Source: Raja brachyura
Lineage: Eukaryota
Direction of reading: 5' to 3'
DNA: 64,000 nucleotides
Assembly (NCBI GenBank): GCA_963514005.1
Contig: OY740795.1
Location: forward strand, 6,448,001-6,512,000
Shown here: positions 61,503 through 64,000 of the stretch, piece after piece
Layout of the letters: each line of letters starts with the position of its first letter
How positions within the stretch are numbered: the stretch's first letter is position 1
Notes under the pieces: model-generated
What the model saw: only the letters and a program-made list of their open reading frames with translations
Told to the model about the DNA's origin: nothing
The model's database searches: none
Translations under genes and position numbers: made by a program

Positions 61503-63078
61503 TTACCGGCGGTCCTTGACACGCGTGTGTGGACGTGGAGGTGCTGGGTTGGCTTGAGGGCACGGCGTCTTCGTTTCCCACCAGGGTCTCTGCCGACCCT
61601 GTCCTAAAAAAGACCCCTGGTGCTGGGTCTGATGTTGCTGTCGTTGTGGAGCTTGAGGGTGGGTCCTCGTCGAGGTACTGGCAGACCCTCGTGATCGAAT
61701 GTATGGAGACTTTGAGCCTGACGGTGTGGGGGCGCTCTGAGGGCGCATGATCCCCACCGTTTTGGCTTGCTCGTCAAGCTCTTGGACTCTCTTCGAGAAG
61801 TCCTTCCCAAAGAGCTGACGGGGCGGGGGCGGCGGCGGTGGTTTGCACACTCCTGCAAACTTTGGATTGAGCGCTGGGCGGATGCTGGTTTTGCGAAACC
61901 CGTTAATTTCGTGCTGGGTCGCGCACAGGAGGGCCAGGGCATCTCCCTGGTCCAAATTCAATTCGTCCCCGTCCACCGACCGCACAAAGGCGGTACTACC
62001 GGCCGTGAGGAGCTTCAGGATCCGCTGCAGTTTTACCTCCTGTTGACGGATAGCCGCACTGATGTTGCCCCATATCGGCGTATTGACCACAGGCACGTTG
62101 AGGGAGTTGCAATTGGATGGAGCCTTGTGACGGCTCATTGCCTGGATGAGGACTTCTTCCTGCTGCTCCAGGCTGATAGTAGATGTTTGTGAAGACGCCC
62201 TGTGCCTGTTGCTGCCCTGCTGTTGTTGACGTTGAAGCAGGAGCTCCAGCAGCCGCTCCATACGGTCAATACGCCCTTCACCCTGAACACTCAGGTGGTC
62301 GGAGTCCTCCGGCTCTGAAAAGAAACCGGGCTCCTGTCATCGGCCCGCACCTCGTCGAGGCCCTGCCGGTGCCGGTAGTTGTCGCTAACAGCCGCCGAGG
62401 CGAACTGCGCGATTCCTGTGCGGGCGTGTTCAACCGCCTCCGTTTAGCGGGAGCTGAAGCCGCTGCCACTAAGGGCACTTGCGGCGAGGTGTCGGCACCA
62501 GCCGAAGCATGGCTGCCTGGGGCCCGCGCAGTCTTGCCGGCTGCCCACATCGTGGACGTTGCCGACGCATGGTCTCGCCCACTCATCCATGGGGGGCTCG
62601 GCGACCGTGACGAGACCCGACTCGACCGACCCGTCCCGGCATCGAGAGTCGGGGCGTGCCGGCTGGACCTCACAGCCGCCCCGGGTCTTTCCCTGGAACC
62701 TGACCGCTCCTCCGTGTCAGGCAATGCCTTAGCCCTGGTAGGGTTAGGCTTCTGGGCTCCTGCCCTTCCCCTTCTCGGAGGGCTGAGTGGAACAGGCCGT
62801 GCAGCCGCACGCACCCAGCTCGAGGTCGCCAGCGAGCCCGCTGACGACCTGACTGCCATGGCAGGGTCCCCCTGCTCTGGCGGCACACCACACTCCTCCT
62901 CGTCGAACTCCTCCGAGCTGTGGTGTGCTGGCGGATCCGGACCTGTAAACACAGGGCTTACCCACATCTCCGCCTGAGTCCCGGCCTGCGTTGCAGGTAC
63001 TGCCGATGGTAAAGGCCCCGGAACTGTTGACCGGCGAACTCGTCCTGACGTCCTCCGGCCCTTGGAACTCCCATCCAT
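61503..63078 (-). pseudogene. DIRS gag-like ORF1, split into two frames (62278-63078 and 61503-62261)
   Basis: Position upstream of RT; PSNCNSLNVPVVNTPIW...RKTSIRPALNPKFAGVC...LFGKDF resembles the DIRS gag core. Confidence 0.7.
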
Positions 63079-63274
63079 GTCCTTGCTGCAAGACAAAACC
63101 AACAACAAGGACCACCAACTAAAGGTAGAATACTTACCTCCGTGGCCCCTTCTGAAGGGCTGGCGAGGAGCGCGCTCCACCGCCAGCCGTCGCAGCAACG
63201 CGGTACGACGATATGTCGAGCATGCGCGCCGGCGGGCTCTTCACGAAGTCACTCACGTGACTCCGAAATGAAAT

Positions 63275-63990
63275 CTATCTATCTCTGCCTTAAATATATC
63301 CACTGACTTGGCCTCCACGCCTTCTGTGGCAAAGAATTCCACAGATTCACCACCCTCTGACTAAAGAAACTCCTCCTTATCTCCTTCCGAAAAGAATGTC
63401 CTTTAATTCTGGGGCTATGACCTCTAGTCCTAGACTCCCACCAGTGGAAACATCCTCTCCACATCCACTCTCTCTATGCCTTTCATTATTCTGTAAGTGT
63501 CCATGAGGTCCCCCCTCAAATTTCTAAACTCCAGCAAATAGAGGCCCTGTGCTGTCAAACACTCATCATATGCTACCCCACCCATTCCTGGAATTAATCT
63601 TGTAAACCTCCTCTGGACCTTCTCCAGAGCCAGCACATCCTTCCTAAGATATGGGTGCCATATTTGCTCATAGTACTCCAAATATGTACTGATAATCTCA
63701 ACATTGCATCTCTGTTATTTTTGTATTCCAGTCCTCTTGATATAAATGCTAGCATTGAATTTGCCTTCCTTACTAGTGATTCGACTTGCAAATTCACTTT
63801 TTGTGTGTCCAGCACCAGCACTCCCAAGTCCCTTTGCACTTCTGATTTCTGGATTCTCTCTCCATTTAGAAAATAATCTTCGCCGTTATTCTTATTACCA
63901 AAATGCATGTCTGTGCAATTTTCTGCAGTGAATCTCATCTGCCACTTCTCTGCCCACTCTCCTAACTTGCCCAGGTCCTTCTGCGGGCAT
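63275..63990 (-). mobile_element. CR1-type LINE 3' part; its terminal UTR (57995-58126) is displaced by the DIRS insertion
   Basis: QRDLGVLV...RKANSMLAFISRGLEYK...RRFTRLIPGM...; the sequence continues seamlessly at 58126. Confidence 0.92.
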
Positions 63991-64000
63991 TACTCTAGCT

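Larger units (their letters stand above)
58127..63274 (-). mobile_element. Full-length DIRS1-type tyrosine-recombinase retrotransposon (coding regions decayed)
   Basis: 36-bp perfect inverted core 58200-58235 / 63212-63247, ICR 58349-58461, AAT at both ends, order gag-RT-RH-MT-YR. Flanks rejoin into a CR1 3' end. Confidence 0.96.

Noticed and set aside
62183-62977. 264-aa plus-strand ORF in the DIRS element
   Set aside because: Antisense shadow of GC-rich gag sequence with no recognisable motif.

Overview
Vertebrate genomic DNA. The repeat landscape (V-SINE/HE1-like tRNA SINEs, CR1-type LINEs, Rex/Babar LINEs, Penelope-like remnants) suggests a cartilaginous fish, probably a skate or ray; this taxon call is inference. 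The left ~25 kb holds the 5' half of HELLS (LSH, SNF2-family remodeller) on the minus strand. I mapped ten coding exons with GT-AG boundaries and a continuous frame, plus a candidate first exon and a CpG-rich E2F/CHR promoter region at ~24.2-25.3 kb. The gene continues off the left edge. From 25 to 64 kb I recognised no host coding exon; it is mostly transposon debris. Highlights: (1) a structurally complete but ORF-decayed DIRS1-type tyrosine-recombinase retrotransposon (58127-63274) with inverted termini, internal complementary region, ATT junction and a Dam-like methyltransferase domain; (2) many short Penelope-derived fold-back insertions carrying a minimal hammerhead-ribozyme core, several bounded by 13-16 bp target-site duplications; (3) an octapeptide repeat expansion in the HELLS N-terminus; (4) an inverted CR1 pair bracketing HELLS exons 3-4. 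These belong to known classes, and I cannot show an entirely new system from sequence alone. Most short ORFs in the supplied track are repeat artefacts. Repeat boundaries are approximate unless a TSD or TIR is given.
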